Source of the DNA: an uncultured Verrucomicrobiae bacterium
Lineage (GTDB): Bacteria > Verrucomicrobiota > Verrucomicrobiia > Opitutales > JABDGR01
Direction: 5' to 3'
DNA: 64,000 nt
NCBI GenBank assembly: GCA_963765205.1
Contig: CAVXVB010000008.1
Location: 384,001-448,000 of the forward strand
Positions 29,401 through 38,579 of this stretch are shown one piece after another (the stretch's first letter is position 1; each line of letters opens with the position of its first letter). A model generated the notes under the pieces. That model was not told the origin of the DNA and did no database searches. It saw only the letters and a program-made list of their open reading frames with translations. A program made the position numbers and the translations under genes.

Positions 29401-29547
29401 ACAGAACTCGACAAAGGCGGGGACAAGTTCTCCGTGCTGATGATGAGCGTGGTCAACAGCGTGCCGTTCCAGGAAATGCGCCGCGCCGACGCACAGCCGG
29501 AAAAGCCAACAGAGAAGCCGACGACGACGGTAGCGGCGGTGCCATAG
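26479..29547 (+). CDS. DUF1592/DUF1588/DUF1587/DUF1585/DUF1595 cytochrome-c-motif protein
   Basis: CYECH and CASCH heme-type motifs; RLNRSEY, LASRLSYFLWSS.PD, TSPVKRGKWV, GFGLENFD. Confidence 0.9.
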   Translation: MRIQRMKWLALLTAPGLLAALAAATAASAPTAAPTAEAAAPVLPKFEDATFEKDVHPLIEKYCYECHGDGMAKADLALDKYKTVADMEKDTTRWETVLDKVHRHEMPPDDADAQPTEQERDFLVDWVDRTIHQYDPANPDPGHATLHRLNRSEYTNSIRDLTGVNFQADEDFPADDSGYGFDNIGDVLSLPPMLMEKYLNAADKILDQAIPTDPLVCRTQNFPAYLLETGFNDLGAQAGGWVHLISLEEGHVSLDQYIRAPGEYKVSFEGYGEPTGGISPNGVGSTTTPPPTPVMPKMSLRINGGTVGVGETYIHQFQIDATDKDHPGEYSWEVGLPAGPVELHEVMDRIRGGANENLITNGRVGAQQTGVGWVKSITIEGPLPGVITRWPAAQLTATGPGTANAAGERMMTGNGEISTKFTVAQAGDYILRATAYAQQAGDEPTKMAFRMDGQPVTSFDVLAPAQRLQLPGERVFSGHPASLALQKAVPQVYEFRLKLTPGEKTFSAGLVNEFADPDNANPNLQRRTLTIQNLEVVDLTQPFVQPELTDEMKGYFAQEATSANKEQRARQIITQFAERAWRGPVDPAEVDKLMGLFALADKNGESFPVSVKVAMKAVLVSPHFLFRGTAPDAAGLAGTTGPEIKKTALAKTTTAASGGESLGVPVDELTLASRLSYFLWSSAPDDELLGLAEHHQLRAHLAEQVQRMIASPKSQALVDNFAGQWLQFRSLATFNPDRAVLGDDYYNAWPELCDEMEKETGLFFNYVMRQDRSVFDFLTGNYTFVNDDLANYYGLPAITGDDFRKVSLDGTPRRGVLTQGSVLVLTSNPTRTSPVKRGKWVLENLLGTPPPPPPPNVPALDSETELTGTLRQQMEQHRANPICASCHARMDPIGFGLENFDAAGLWRDTDKDSPIDASGKLLTGETFNGAADLVQILAEKKRTDFLRCLSEKMLTYALGRGLEYYDREATDQIITELDKGGDKFSVLMMSVVNSVPFQEMRRADAQPEKPTEKPTTTVAAVP

Positions 29548-29596
29548 GCGTTGCGGTCAGCAAGTGCGCCTTCCGGTCGGCCATTGTATCCCAACG

Positions 29597-30139
29597 CTAT
29601 TCCGCCGATACCTCCGGGCAGGGATTTGCGGAGGTTTTTTGGGCGATTGGGGCAGCGAAGTGGTCAAAGAGGACGTTCACCAGCAGCGCGCAGAGGCAGC
29701 CCAACAGAACCGCGATTACGCGGCTGACGGACCCATACCATGAGTGATCCCCTTGCATGGTGAGCGTGATGATGGCCGTGGCGGCGTAGGCGGCGCGCAG
29801 GCCTTCGTCCATTTTCAAGTGGTGGCAAACCATGCCGACCGCCATGATGCCGATGAACAGGTCGAGCAGGGGGATTCCAGCCAGGGCATTGAGCGCCCCG
29901 CCCACCAGCGCGGCAATGAAGTTGGCCTGGACGCGCACCACCGACGCGCGGAGCGAGGTGTGCAAAAAGGGCTGGATGACGATGACGGCCGAAATGGCGG
30001 CCCACGCCGCATTCACCGTGGCCAGCGTCACCATCTGCGACAGCAAAAACGCCAGCACGGCGGCGAGCGCGGCCTTGCAGGTGTAGATGAACGCCGTAAG
30101 CGTTGGGATGGAGGCGCGTGACGGCGTCATTCGCCCCAT
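29597..30139 (-). CDS. FUSC/aromatic acid exporter-like membrane protein
   Basis: WAAISAVIV...SVVRVQAN; several TM helices. Confidence 0.75.
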   Translation of the reverse strand: MGRMTPSRASIPTLTAFIYTCKAALAAVLAFLLSQMVTLATVNAAWAAISAVIVIQPFLHTSLRASVVRVQANFIAALVGGALNALAGIPLLDLFIGIMAVGMVCHHLKMDEGLRAAYAATAIITLTMQGDHSWYGSVSRVIAVLLGCLCALLVNVLFDHFAAPIAQKTSANPCPEVSAE

Positions 30140-30288
30140 TTAATGGAGGCCCGGGGAAAAAGCAAACCCCGGCGGTGGCCTAGGATTGATGCAGTGAAGG
30201 GCGCTCGCGGCGAGGATAACATAGGACTTTGGCCCGCGCTATAAAAAAAGCGCGCCGAACGCAAAAGCGCGTCAAGGTCCGCCACCCG

Positions 30289-30630
30289 TCACCAGGTCTG
30301 GATGGGGGTATTGGTGTTGGGGTCAGGGCGGAAGGGATAGCGGCTGCCCTCGGGATTGAACTGGCCACGGTCGAGTTTGTAATAGTGGAAATTGGAATTC
30401 GGAGTGATGGAGATGCCGCGCTTGAATTCGTAGATGTAGTCGTATTTGTCGTCCGAGCCGGCATAATACCATTGGTTGAACATGTCGTTCGGGTTGCTAT
30501 TGTTGGCGCGCACCTTGGCATTGACTTGGGCGAGGGTCGAATACTGGTAATCCGGCAGGCTTGCGCTGACGCCGGCGCAGCCACAAAGCACGAGCGCGAG
30601 AATCAGGATTGAAAGGCAGGATTTGTTCAT
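30289..30630 (-). CDS. Small lipoprotein
   Basis: MNK...LVLCGC lipobox. Confidence 0.6.
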   Translation of the reverse strand: MNKSCLSILILALVLCGCAGVSASLPDYQYSTLAQVNAKVRANNSNPNDMFNQWYYAGSDDKYDYIYEFKRGISITPNSNFHYYKLDRGQFNPEGSRYPFRPDPNTNTPIQTW

Positions 30631-30803
30631 GGGGGGATTGGCCAGCGGAAAGTCTGACGCAGTTGACTCACGAAAGGAAGGCAAAAGAGACAGGCTCGGT
30701 AAACGCCACCCGGCAAAAATAAACCCTTGCGCAAAAGGCGGGGAGGAGTTAGTTTGCCGGGTGACGGGCAGCCGTTGCTGATGGCGGCTGACCGACTGAC
30801 CTT

Positions 30804-32171
30804 ATGAGCAACTCCTGGCAATTACCCCGCCGGAAATTTTTACGCGGCCTCGGCACGGTCATGGCCTTGCCGTTTTTTGAATCGGCGCTGCCCACGGCAC
30901 GCTTGATGGGCGCGACCGCCGCGCTCAAGACCTACCCGAAACGCATGGCGTTTATCTACATTCCGAATGGCGTCAACATCGCTTACTGGACACCGCAAAC
31001 GACCGGCCGCAATTACGAAGTTCCTTACACGCTGGCGCCACTGGCCGATTTTCAGAACGACATCACCGTCCTCACCGAGCTCGACAATAACCAAGCCAAC
31101 GATTTTGGCGATGGTGGTGGCGGCCACGCCCGCGCCTCGGCTACCTTCCTCACCGGCGTGCATCCGCGCAAGACCGCCGGGGCCGACATCAAGGCGGGCG
31201 TCTCCGTGGACCAAATTGCGGCGGACAAAATTGGCGACCAGACCAAGCTGCCCTCCTTGGAATTAAGCTGTGACCACGGCCAGCGGGCCGGCTCGTGCGA
31301 CTCGGGCTATAGTTGCGCCTACCAGTTTAACATCTCGTGGAAATCAGACACGATGCCGATGAGTCCGGAAGTGGATCCACGCCTGGCCTTCGAGCGTCTC
31401 TTCGGCGCGGCCGACGATGCGTCCACCAAAGAAGCCCGCGCCAAGCGCGATCTGTATAACAAGAGCGTGCTCGACTATGTGCTCGATGATGCGCAGAGCC
31501 TCAGCCGCACCCTCGGCAGCACCGACCAGCACAAGCTCGACGAATACCTGTCCGCCGTGCGCGACCTCGAACGCCGCATCGAGGCGAGCGAGAAATATGT
31601 CATCGAGCTGCCGCCGGAACAGCGCCAGTTGAAAATGCTGGCCGATTACAATTTTGACGCACACGCCAAGTTGATGATGGATATCATGGCCTTGGCGTTC
31701 CAGACCGACGCCACCCGCGTCTCGACCTTCATTTTGGGCCATGATGGCAGCAATCGCCCCTACCCGCAGGCCAACATCTCGGAAGGCCACCACGACCTTT
31801 CCCACCACCGCAACGACCCGGATAAATTGACCAAGCTGGCCATCATCAACCGCTATCATATGGAGCAGTATGCCTACCTGCTGGGCAAATTGAAGTCCGT
31901 CAAGGAAGGCGAAGGCACGCTGCTCGACAACTGCATGGTGCTCTATGGCGGCGGTTTGAGCGACGGCAACTCGCACTCGCCGGAAAACGTGCCCGTCATC
32001 CTCGCCGGCAAAGGCGGCGGCGCCATCGCCGCAGGCCAGCATATCCGCCTTGATAAGCTGACCCCCCTCACCAACCTTTACCGCTCGATGCTCGACGTGA
32101 TGGGCGCGCCGACGGAAAAACTCGGTGACAGCAACGGTAAGCTCCAGCAAATTTTCCAGTCGGCGTCGTAA
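30804..32171 (+). CDS. DUF1552 family protein (Tat signal)
   Basis: RRKFLRG Tat motif; PNG, SVDQ, CDSGYSCAY, HHDLSHH. Confidence 0.9.
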   Translation: MSNSWQLPRRKFLRGLGTVMALPFFESALPTARLMGATAALKTYPKRMAFIYIPNGVNIAYWTPQTTGRNYEVPYTLAPLADFQNDITVLTELDNNQANDFGDGGGGHARASATFLTGVHPRKTAGADIKAGVSVDQIAADKIGDQTKLPSLELSCDHGQRAGSCDSGYSCAYQFNISWKSDTMPMSPEVDPRLAFERLFGAADDASTKEARAKRDLYNKSVLDYVLDDAQSLSRTLGSTDQHKLDEYLSAVRDLERRIEASEKYVIELPPEQRQLKMLADYNFDAHAKLMMDIMALAFQTDATRVSTFILGHDGSNRPYPQANISEGHHDLSHHRNDPDKLTKLAIINRYHMEQYAYLLGKLKSVKEGEGTLLDNCMVLYGGGLSDGNSHSPENVPVILAGKGGGAIAAGQHIRLDKLTPLTNLYRSMLDVMGAPTEKLGDSNGKLQQIFQSAS

Positions 32172-32179
32172 ACCCCCTT

Positions 32180-33979
32180 CAATATCGAACATCCAACGCT
32201 CAACATCCAACATCGAATGGATTTCCCGGAAGCAAGTTGTGGTGGCGTGATTGAATGTTCGAGGCATCAAGCGACCGCCAACTTTGGCCGCCTGTCATCC
32301 TCTATCAGATGATGCGTAAAGTAGCCCGCCCCTGTTTTTTCATTGGATGTTGGAGGTTGAAAGTTCGATGTTGGATGTTGGACTTTGAGATTTACCCCCA
32401 TGCGTAAACTAAATTGTTTCTGGATTGGCTGGCTGGCGGCGGCGGTTTTGCGCGGGGCCAACGCCCCGGTGGCGTCGCCACCGGCCTCCGCCTCCGCTCC
32501 CTCCGCGGTGCAGTCGGCAACCGACGACCTGCCCACTGATTGGATTGATCCCGACACGGGCCACCGCGTGGTGCGCCTGTCGCGCGAGGACAACACGCAA
32601 AGCCTCTATTTCCACCAGAATCCCTTTACTCCCGACGGCACGCGGCTCGTCGTCACGGTGCCCAACGGCATCGCGACCATCAACCTGAAAACGCACGAAA
32701 TCAAACAAGTTGCGCTGGGCACCGCGCCGACCCAACGGATTGACACGCATGACTCGACCCCAGCGGACCAGCGCATCGGGCATGTCGTGTGCGGCCGCAA
32801 AACGCCGACCGTCTATTACACCAAGGGCGCGGACGTGATGGCCACCAACCTCGACACGGGTGTCTCACGCAAAATCTGCGTGCTGCCGGATGAATTGTTC
32901 TGGGGAGCGGGGTTCACCGTCAATGCCGATGAGACGTTGCTGGCCGGCTCCGGCGATGCCAGTCCCGGTCCTTACGGCGCCATCGGGCCCAACTGGACGG
33001 GCAACCAGGCCCTGGGCCAGCGCATGGCGGCCCTCGTGCCCATGGTTCTGTATACGATTGATATTAAGACCGGGGAAATCAAAAAAATCTTTCGCGCCGA
33101 GCATGACTGGCTCAATCACGTGCAGTTTTCGCCGACCGACCCGAAACTGCTGATGTATTGCCATGAGGGCACCTGGAGCCAAGTGGATCGCGTCTGGCAA
33201 ATTAACGTAGTGCCGCAAACCTACACCGTCCAGACCAGCGACACACTGGATAAAATCGCCGCCGCGCACGGCACCTACGCCGCGATGGTAAAGTACACGG
33301 CCAACCTGACCTCCGACACGCTGACCCCCGGCCAGCAGATCTTGCTGCCGCCGGGGCCGCCGCGGCTCGTCCACCAGCGCACGATGCCGGGCGAAATCGC
33401 GGGACATGAATTCTGGGGCGCGGACGGCCAAAACGCCTGGTATGACCTCCAAACCCCGCAGAGCCAGGTCTTCTGGGTCGGCGGCATGAATTTGGCCACC
33501 GGCCAGCACATCCGCTACTCGCTGCCGAAAAATGAATGGTCGGTGCACTACAACGTCTCGCCCGATGGCAAATTATTCGCCGGCGACGGCGGCGGCCCGA
33601 ACAGTGTGGCCCGGGGCGACAACGGCCAGTGGATTTACCTCTTCACCCCCGACCCGACGACCGCTTCGACGATCAAGGCCGGCGATGAGGAGGTTAAAAC
33701 GATGCAATTTAAGGCCGAGCGCCTGGTCAACCTGGCCAAGCACGACTACGGCCTGGAGCCGAACGTGAGCTTCACGCCAGACATGAAGTGGATTATTTTC
33801 CGCTCGAACATGCTCGGCGCGGCGCACGGCTCGCAGGTGTTCGCGGTCGAGATCGCGAAAGCCACCCAGTAACTTCCAACATCGAACATCGAATGAAAGG
33901 CGAAGAGGCAAGCTGCTGGTTCTTCATTGGAAGTTGGATGTTGGGCGTTGGATGTTCGATGTTGAATATTGGATGTTGA
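32180..33979. repeat. Intergenic heptamer (AACATC[C/G])n arrays in inverted pairs: 32180-32217/32344-32381 and 33871-33893/33927-33979; also 25252-25288
   Basis: AACATCG/AACATCC tandem units and their reverse complements (GATGTTG/GATGTTC). Confidence 0.85.
32400..33872 (+). CDS. Oligogalacturonate lyase (PL22)-like beta-propeller with inserted LysM domain
   Basis: WIDPDTGHRV, LYFHQN, HVQFSP, CHEG, GHEFW; LysM at 33219-33350. Confidence 0.85.
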   Translation: MRKLNCFWIGWLAAAVLRGANAPVASPPASASAPSAVQSATDDLPTDWIDPDTGHRVVRLSREDNTQSLYFHQNPFTPDGTRLVVTVPNGIATINLKTHEIKQVALGTAPTQRIDTHDSTPADQRIGHVVCGRKTPTVYYTKGADVMATNLDTGVSRKICVLPDELFWGAGFTVNADETLLAGSGDASPGPYGAIGPNWTGNQALGQRMAALVPMVLYTIDIKTGEIKKIFRAEHDWLNHVQFSPTDPKLLMYCHEGTWSQVDRVWQINVVPQTYTVQTSDTLDKIAAAHGTYAAMVKYTANLTSDTLTPGQQILLPPGPPRLVHQRTMPGEIAGHEFWGADGQNAWYDLQTPQSQVFWVGGMNLATGQHIRYSLPKNEWSVHYNVSPDGKLFAGDGGGPNSVARGDNGQWIYLFTPDPTTASTIKAGDEEVKTMQFKAERLVNLAKHDYGLEPNVSFTPDMKWIIFRSNMLGAAHGSQVFAVEIAKATQ

Positions 33980-33989
33980 AATGACTTTT

Positions 33990-35375
33990 ATGCGAAAACT
34001 ACTCCATCCCCTTTTGCTTTCACTCTGCGCGGCGCGGGCCTTCGGTGCCGACGCCGCCCCGGCCGCCGCGGACACGAATCCGCGCGAATGGATTGACCCG
34101 GACACGGGCCACCGCGTCATCCGTATTTCCGACGAGCCAAACAGCCAGAGTCTGTATTTCCATTACAACTCCTACACCCCGGAGGGCGACAAGATGGTCT
34201 TCAGCGCCCCGAGTGGGATTTGGACGCTGGACTTGAAGACGCTCGGCCAAGGTACGCCAAAGACCGATTGGATTGTGGATGGTCGCAACGCCCAGGCGGC
34301 GGGAGGCGCGGGCCGCGGGGGCCGCGGGGGCGGTGGGGGCGGTGGGGGCGTGAGTCTGCTCATGGCGGCGTTCCAGTCGCGCGATGCCTATTACACGGCG
34401 AATGGCATCCTCTACGCGGTGAATGTGGACACCAAGGTTTCGCGCATCGTCACCACGGGCCGCCCGTTCGGCGTGAACTGCAATGAAACTTACGTCGGCT
34501 CGATGGTCAACCAGGTGGACCCCACCGGCAAGGTGCAACCGCCTACGCCGCCGACCCTCATCCCTCAGCGCCAGCGCATGTTTGGCGACAAGATCGCCGC
34601 CGGCATCCCCTTGACGCCAGACGAAGAATATGCCGCGACCAAGGAGGACGGCCTCGCTCGCCGGTTGCTCAACCCCAGTTCGATGGCCTTCAATTTCACG
34701 AATTTAAAAACCAAAACCTCGGTGATCGTGGGCTATCAATACGCCTCGATTGACCACCAGCAATTTTCGCCGACCGACCCTAATCTGGTGCTTTACGCGC
34801 ACGAGGGCACCTGGCACGAGGTGGACCGCATCTGGACCATCCGCACCGACGGCTCCGACCAGCGCCTGATGTATAAGCGGCAGATGGACATGGAAATCGC
34901 CGGGCACGAATGGTGGAGCCACGATGGCCAGACCGTCTGGTTCGACTTGCAGACGCCGCGCAGCCACGATTTTTGGATCGGCGGCGTGAACGTGAAAACG
35001 GGTCGGCTCACCAAATACCACATCGAGCGCGACTGGTGGGGCGTGCATTTCAACTCCTCGCGCGACGACAAATTGTTCGCCAGTGACGGCGGCGACCCGA
35101 CCCAGGTGGCGTTTTCCCAGAACGGCGAATGGATCAATCTGTTCCGCGTGCAGCCCGACGGCAGCGTGACGCGCGAGAAGCTCGTCAACCTCTCCAAGAA
35201 CAATTACGTGACGGGCCAAGGCGGCATCGAGCCGAACGTCTCGATCACGCCGGACAGCAAATGGGTGGTGTTCCGCGCGAATATGCAGGGCGGCGTGGTG
35301 CAGGTCTATGCGGTCGAAATCGGCGGCGACCCCCAAAAAATCAGCAAGCCGGAAACGTTCGTGATGGAAAAGTAG
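33990..35375 (+). CDS. Oligogalacturonate lyase (PL22)-like beta-propeller
   Basis: Paralogue of the upstream gene: WIDPDTGHRV, AHEGTW, GHEWW, EPNVS. Confidence 0.85.
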   Translation: MRKLLHPLLLSLCAARAFGADAAPAAADTNPREWIDPDTGHRVIRISDEPNSQSLYFHYNSYTPEGDKMVFSAPSGIWTLDLKTLGQGTPKTDWIVDGRNAQAAGGAGRGGRGGGGGGGGVSLLMAAFQSRDAYYTANGILYAVNVDTKVSRIVTTGRPFGVNCNETYVGSMVNQVDPTGKVQPPTPPTLIPQRQRMFGDKIAAGIPLTPDEEYAATKEDGLARRLLNPSSMAFNFTNLKTKTSVIVGYQYASIDHQQFSPTDPNLVLYAHEGTWHEVDRIWTIRTDGSDQRLMYKRQMDMEIAGHEWWSHDGQTVWFDLQTPRSHDFWIGGVNVKTGRLTKYHIERDWWGVHFNSSRDDKLFASDGGDPTQVAFSQNGEWINLFRVQPDGSVTREKLVNLSKNNYVTGQGGIEPNVSITPDSKWVVFRANMQGGVVQVYAVEIGGDPQKISKPETFVMEK

Positions 35376-35435
35376 GGCCGGGACGAAAACCCAAATTCAC
35401 CGCCGCCCCTCCAAAAAAAATTCCCCCAATTCCCC

Positions 35436-37997
35436 ATGCCTATCCTGCCCCATCCCACCCCGTTTCGCCTCATGCGCTGGCTGCCGTTTTTTTTACTGGC
35501 CGCGCTCACTGCGCACGCCGCCTACCAGCCGCCGGCCTCCCCGCGCGCCACATACAACTTTAATCCCGGCTGGAAATTCATGCGCCAGGATGTGCCCGAC
35601 GCCGACACCGTGAACTTCGACGACTCGCAGTGGACCAACGTCAGCCTGCCCCACACCTGGAACGACACGGACACCTACCGCGCGTTGATCAGCCATGGCG
35701 CCGGCGACCAAAGCCACCCCTACCAGGGCATTGCCTGGTATCGCAAGCATTTCAAACTACCCGCAGGCACCGAGGGCCGGAAAATTTTCCTCGAATTTGA
35801 GGGGCTGAAACAAGCGGCGCATTTTTACCTGAACGGCCAGCCCATCGGCCTCTATGAGAATGGCATCACCGCGTGCGGGTTGGATATCAGCGCACTGGTC
35901 AAGTTCGGCGGGCAGGACAACGTGCTGGCGGTGAAAGTGGACAACACCATCGAATACCAAGAGGAGGCCACCGGTACCCCCTTCGAATGGAAGTTCAGCA
36001 ACAGCAACCCGAATTTCGGCGGGCTGGACCGCGACGTTTGGTTGCACGTTATGGGGCCGGTGTATCAGACCCTGCCACTCTATGAAAATTTGAAAGCGAC
36101 GGGTGTTTACGTTTACGGAAAAAACTACGACATCCCCGGCAAAACCGCCGAGGTCCATGTCGAGTCCCAGGTGCGCAACGAGTCGGCGGCTAATGCAGCC
36201 CTCGCGCTCTCCGAAGTGGTGGTGGATGCCGACGGCGTGGTGCGGGCGCAATTCAACGGCGAATCCAAAAACCTCGCCAGCGGCCAGACGGACACGCTGA
36301 CCGCCGCCGGCCCGCTCACCAACGCGCGCTTTTGGGATTTGCATGATCCCTATCTTTACGACGTTTATTCCATCCTGAGCGTAAACGGCCAGGTGGCGGA
36401 CGTGTGCAAAATTCACACGGGCTTCCGCAAGGCCGAATTCAAGGGCGGCGCGGGCACCGGCGGAGTGTGGCTGAATGATCATTTCGTGTGGCTCACCGGC
36501 TACTCGCAGCGCGTGGTCAATGATTGGCCCGGGCTGGGCCAGGCGTATCCGGACTGGATGCATGACTTCAATGCCGCGCTGGTGCGCGCCAGCAATGGCA
36601 ATTACATCCGCTGGATGCACATTTCCACGCAGCGGGTGGATGTTACCTCGTGTGACAAATACGGCATTGCCGAGGTCTGCCCGGCCGGCGACGGCGAACA
36701 CGATGTCACCGGCCGGCAATGGGACCAACGCGTCGAGGTCATGCGCGACTCCATGATTTATTTCCGCAACCACCCGAGCATCCTTTTCTGGGAGGCGGGC
36801 AATGCCGGCATTGCTGCGGACCAAATGAAGCAGATGGTGGACCTGCGCAAAACCTTCGACCCGAACGGCGGCCGGGTCACCGGTTGCCGCTCGCTCAACG
36901 ACCCGGGGGCCATCGCCGCGGCGGAGTATTTTGGCGTCATGCTCGGCGGGCCTTACCGCGACCAAACCCGCGACCAGGCCCCGATGATCGAGACCGAGGA
37001 CTTCCGCGATGAAGGCCCGCGTGGGATTTGGGATGACTATTCGCCGCCGTCCTTTGGCTTCAAGAAAGGGCCGAACGACAGCTACAATTGGAATTCAGAG
37101 ACCTTCAGCCTCGCCGCCGTGCGCAGCTATTACCGATTCGTCACCAACCGCATTGACAATCCCGATCCCGCAAGTTCCAAGTGGTCCGCCTACGCCTCGA
37201 TTTATTGGTCGGACTCCGATGCCGACGGCCGGCAGGACAGCAGCGAGGTCTTGCGCGTCAGCGGCAAGGTGGACGGCGTGCGCCTGCCCAAGGAGATATT
37301 TTTCACCTCGCGCGTGATGCAAAGCCCGACGCCGGACCTCCACATCATCGGCCACTGGACCTATCCGGCGGGCACGAAAAAGACCGTCTATGTGATCGCC
37401 AGCGTTTGCGACGCCGTCGAATTATTCCTCAACGGCCAATCGCTGGGCGTCAACAAAGCCCCGGACAATGGCTATGTGTATGCTTTTCCGGATGTGGCGT
37501 TCGCGCCGGGGACGCTCAAGGCCGTCGCCACCCGGGGCGGGCAAGTTGTCGCGCAGCAGGAACTCAAGACCGCGGGCGAACCCAAGGCGATCAAGCTCAC
37601 CGTCCACACCGGCCCGCAAGGCCTGCAAGCCGATGGGGCTGACGTGGCCTTGATTGACTTCGAGGTGGTGGACGCGCAGGGCAACCGCTGCCCCACCGAC
37701 GAGGCGCGCGTGGACTTCGCTGTGGACGGCCCGGTCATTTGGCGCGGCGGCTTCTGCAGCGACAAGCTCGATACGACCAACAACCTTTATCTCGACACCG
37801 AGTGCGGCATCAACCGCGTGGCGATCCGCTCGACGCTCACGCCGGGCACGATTACGCTCACCGCCACGCGCGCGGGCCTCACCTCCGCGACCGTGCAAAT
37901 CCCCTCGCAGCCCGTGGACATCAAGGACGGCCTCAGCACAGCAATGCCGCCGACGTATTCCGGCTTGTCGCAGACGATTCCGGGCCTAGTGCCGTAA
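35436..37997 (+). CDS. GH2 glycoside hydrolase (beta-galactosidase-like, DUF4982)
   Basis: WYRKHF, EFEG, RNHPSILFWEAGN. Confidence 0.88.
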   Translation: MPILPHPTPFRLMRWLPFFLLAALTAHAAYQPPASPRATYNFNPGWKFMRQDVPDADTVNFDDSQWTNVSLPHTWNDTDTYRALISHGAGDQSHPYQGIAWYRKHFKLPAGTEGRKIFLEFEGLKQAAHFYLNGQPIGLYENGITACGLDISALVKFGGQDNVLAVKVDNTIEYQEEATGTPFEWKFSNSNPNFGGLDRDVWLHVMGPVYQTLPLYENLKATGVYVYGKNYDIPGKTAEVHVESQVRNESAANAALALSEVVVDADGVVRAQFNGESKNLASGQTDTLTAAGPLTNARFWDLHDPYLYDVYSILSVNGQVADVCKIHTGFRKAEFKGGAGTGGVWLNDHFVWLTGYSQRVVNDWPGLGQAYPDWMHDFNAALVRASNGNYIRWMHISTQRVDVTSCDKYGIAEVCPAGDGEHDVTGRQWDQRVEVMRDSMIYFRNHPSILFWEAGNAGIAADQMKQMVDLRKTFDPNGGRVTGCRSLNDPGAIAAAEYFGVMLGGPYRDQTRDQAPMIETEDFRDEGPRGIWDDYSPPSFGFKKGPNDSYNWNSETFSLAAVRSYYRFVTNRIDNPDPASSKWSAYASIYWSDSDADGRQDSSEVLRVSGKVDGVRLPKEIFFTSRVMQSPTPDLHIIGHWTYPAGTKKTVYVIASVCDAVELFLNGQSLGVNKAPDNGYVYAFPDVAFAPGTLKAVATRGGQVVAQQELKTAGEPKAIKLTVHTGPQGLQADGADVALIDFEVVDAQGNRCPTDEARVDFAVDGPVIWRGGFCSDKLDTTNNLYLDTECGINRVAIRSTLTPGTITLTATRAGLTSATVQIPSQPVDIKDGLSTAMPPTYSGLSQTIPGLVP

Positions 37998-38016
37998 CAA
38001 GCACCCGGCGCAGTTC

Positions 38017-38579
38017 TTGACCCAACACGCAAACCCCCGCAACCCCCAAAAAAGCAATTTCCTGCTGCGATCAGTTTGTGGTCAGGCATTGGAGTTCTGC
38101 GAGCGGATGAAGGAATAGCGATAAATATCGTCGCGCCGCTGCCAGCCCCGCTTCTTCCAGTAATCATTCGTGCGGTGATTAGAGACGAAAACATCTAGGT
38201 GGGTCTTCACGATGCCGGCCTCCGCCAAACGATCCAGACAGCGGGTAACCAGCGCTTGGGCGATCCCGCGCCGGCGATGTTGCTCCTCGACGATCACATG
38301 CTGGAGGTAGCCGCGCCGGCCATCGTGGCCGCACAGGGCGCAGCCGATGACTTTCCCTCCTTCTTCAGCAACGAAGCTGAAACCGGGATTCCGCGCCAGA
38401 TAACGGGCGGCGGCTTCCTTCGAATCGGCCTCGCGAACCGCCACGCCGGGGGTTCGCTTCATCAGCGCGAGCACTTCGTCGTAATGATCGAGGGTGAGTT
38501 TCGTGATCTTCATCTTTGCCTAACGTTCAAGATTAACCCCCCACCCCGGAACCCCGGCAACCCCAAAAAAGAAAATTCC
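38017..38579 (-). repeat. About 45-bp G-tract motif, pair 2 (38017-38062, 38533-38579) flanking the GNAT gene
   Basis: CCCC(C/G)GCAACCCC(C)AAAAAAG(C/A)AA(T/A)TTCC, the same motif as 9358 and 9905. Confidence 0.75.
38082..38513 (-). CDS. GNAT family N-acetyltransferase
   Basis: CGHDGRRGYLQHV...RRRGIAQALV acetyl-CoA binding motif. Confidence 0.9.
   Translation of the reverse strand: MKITKLTLDHYDEVLALMKRTPGVAVREADSKEAAARYLARNPGFSFVAEEGGKVIGCALCGHDGRRGYLQHVIVEEQHRRRGIAQALVTRCLDRLAEAGIVKTHLDVFVSNHRTNDYWKKRGWQRRDDIYRYSFIRSQNSNA

Noticed and set aside
32180..33979. Repeat arrays as a CRISPR array
   Set aside because: Units are 7-bp tandem repeats with no unique spacers, and no cas genes are present
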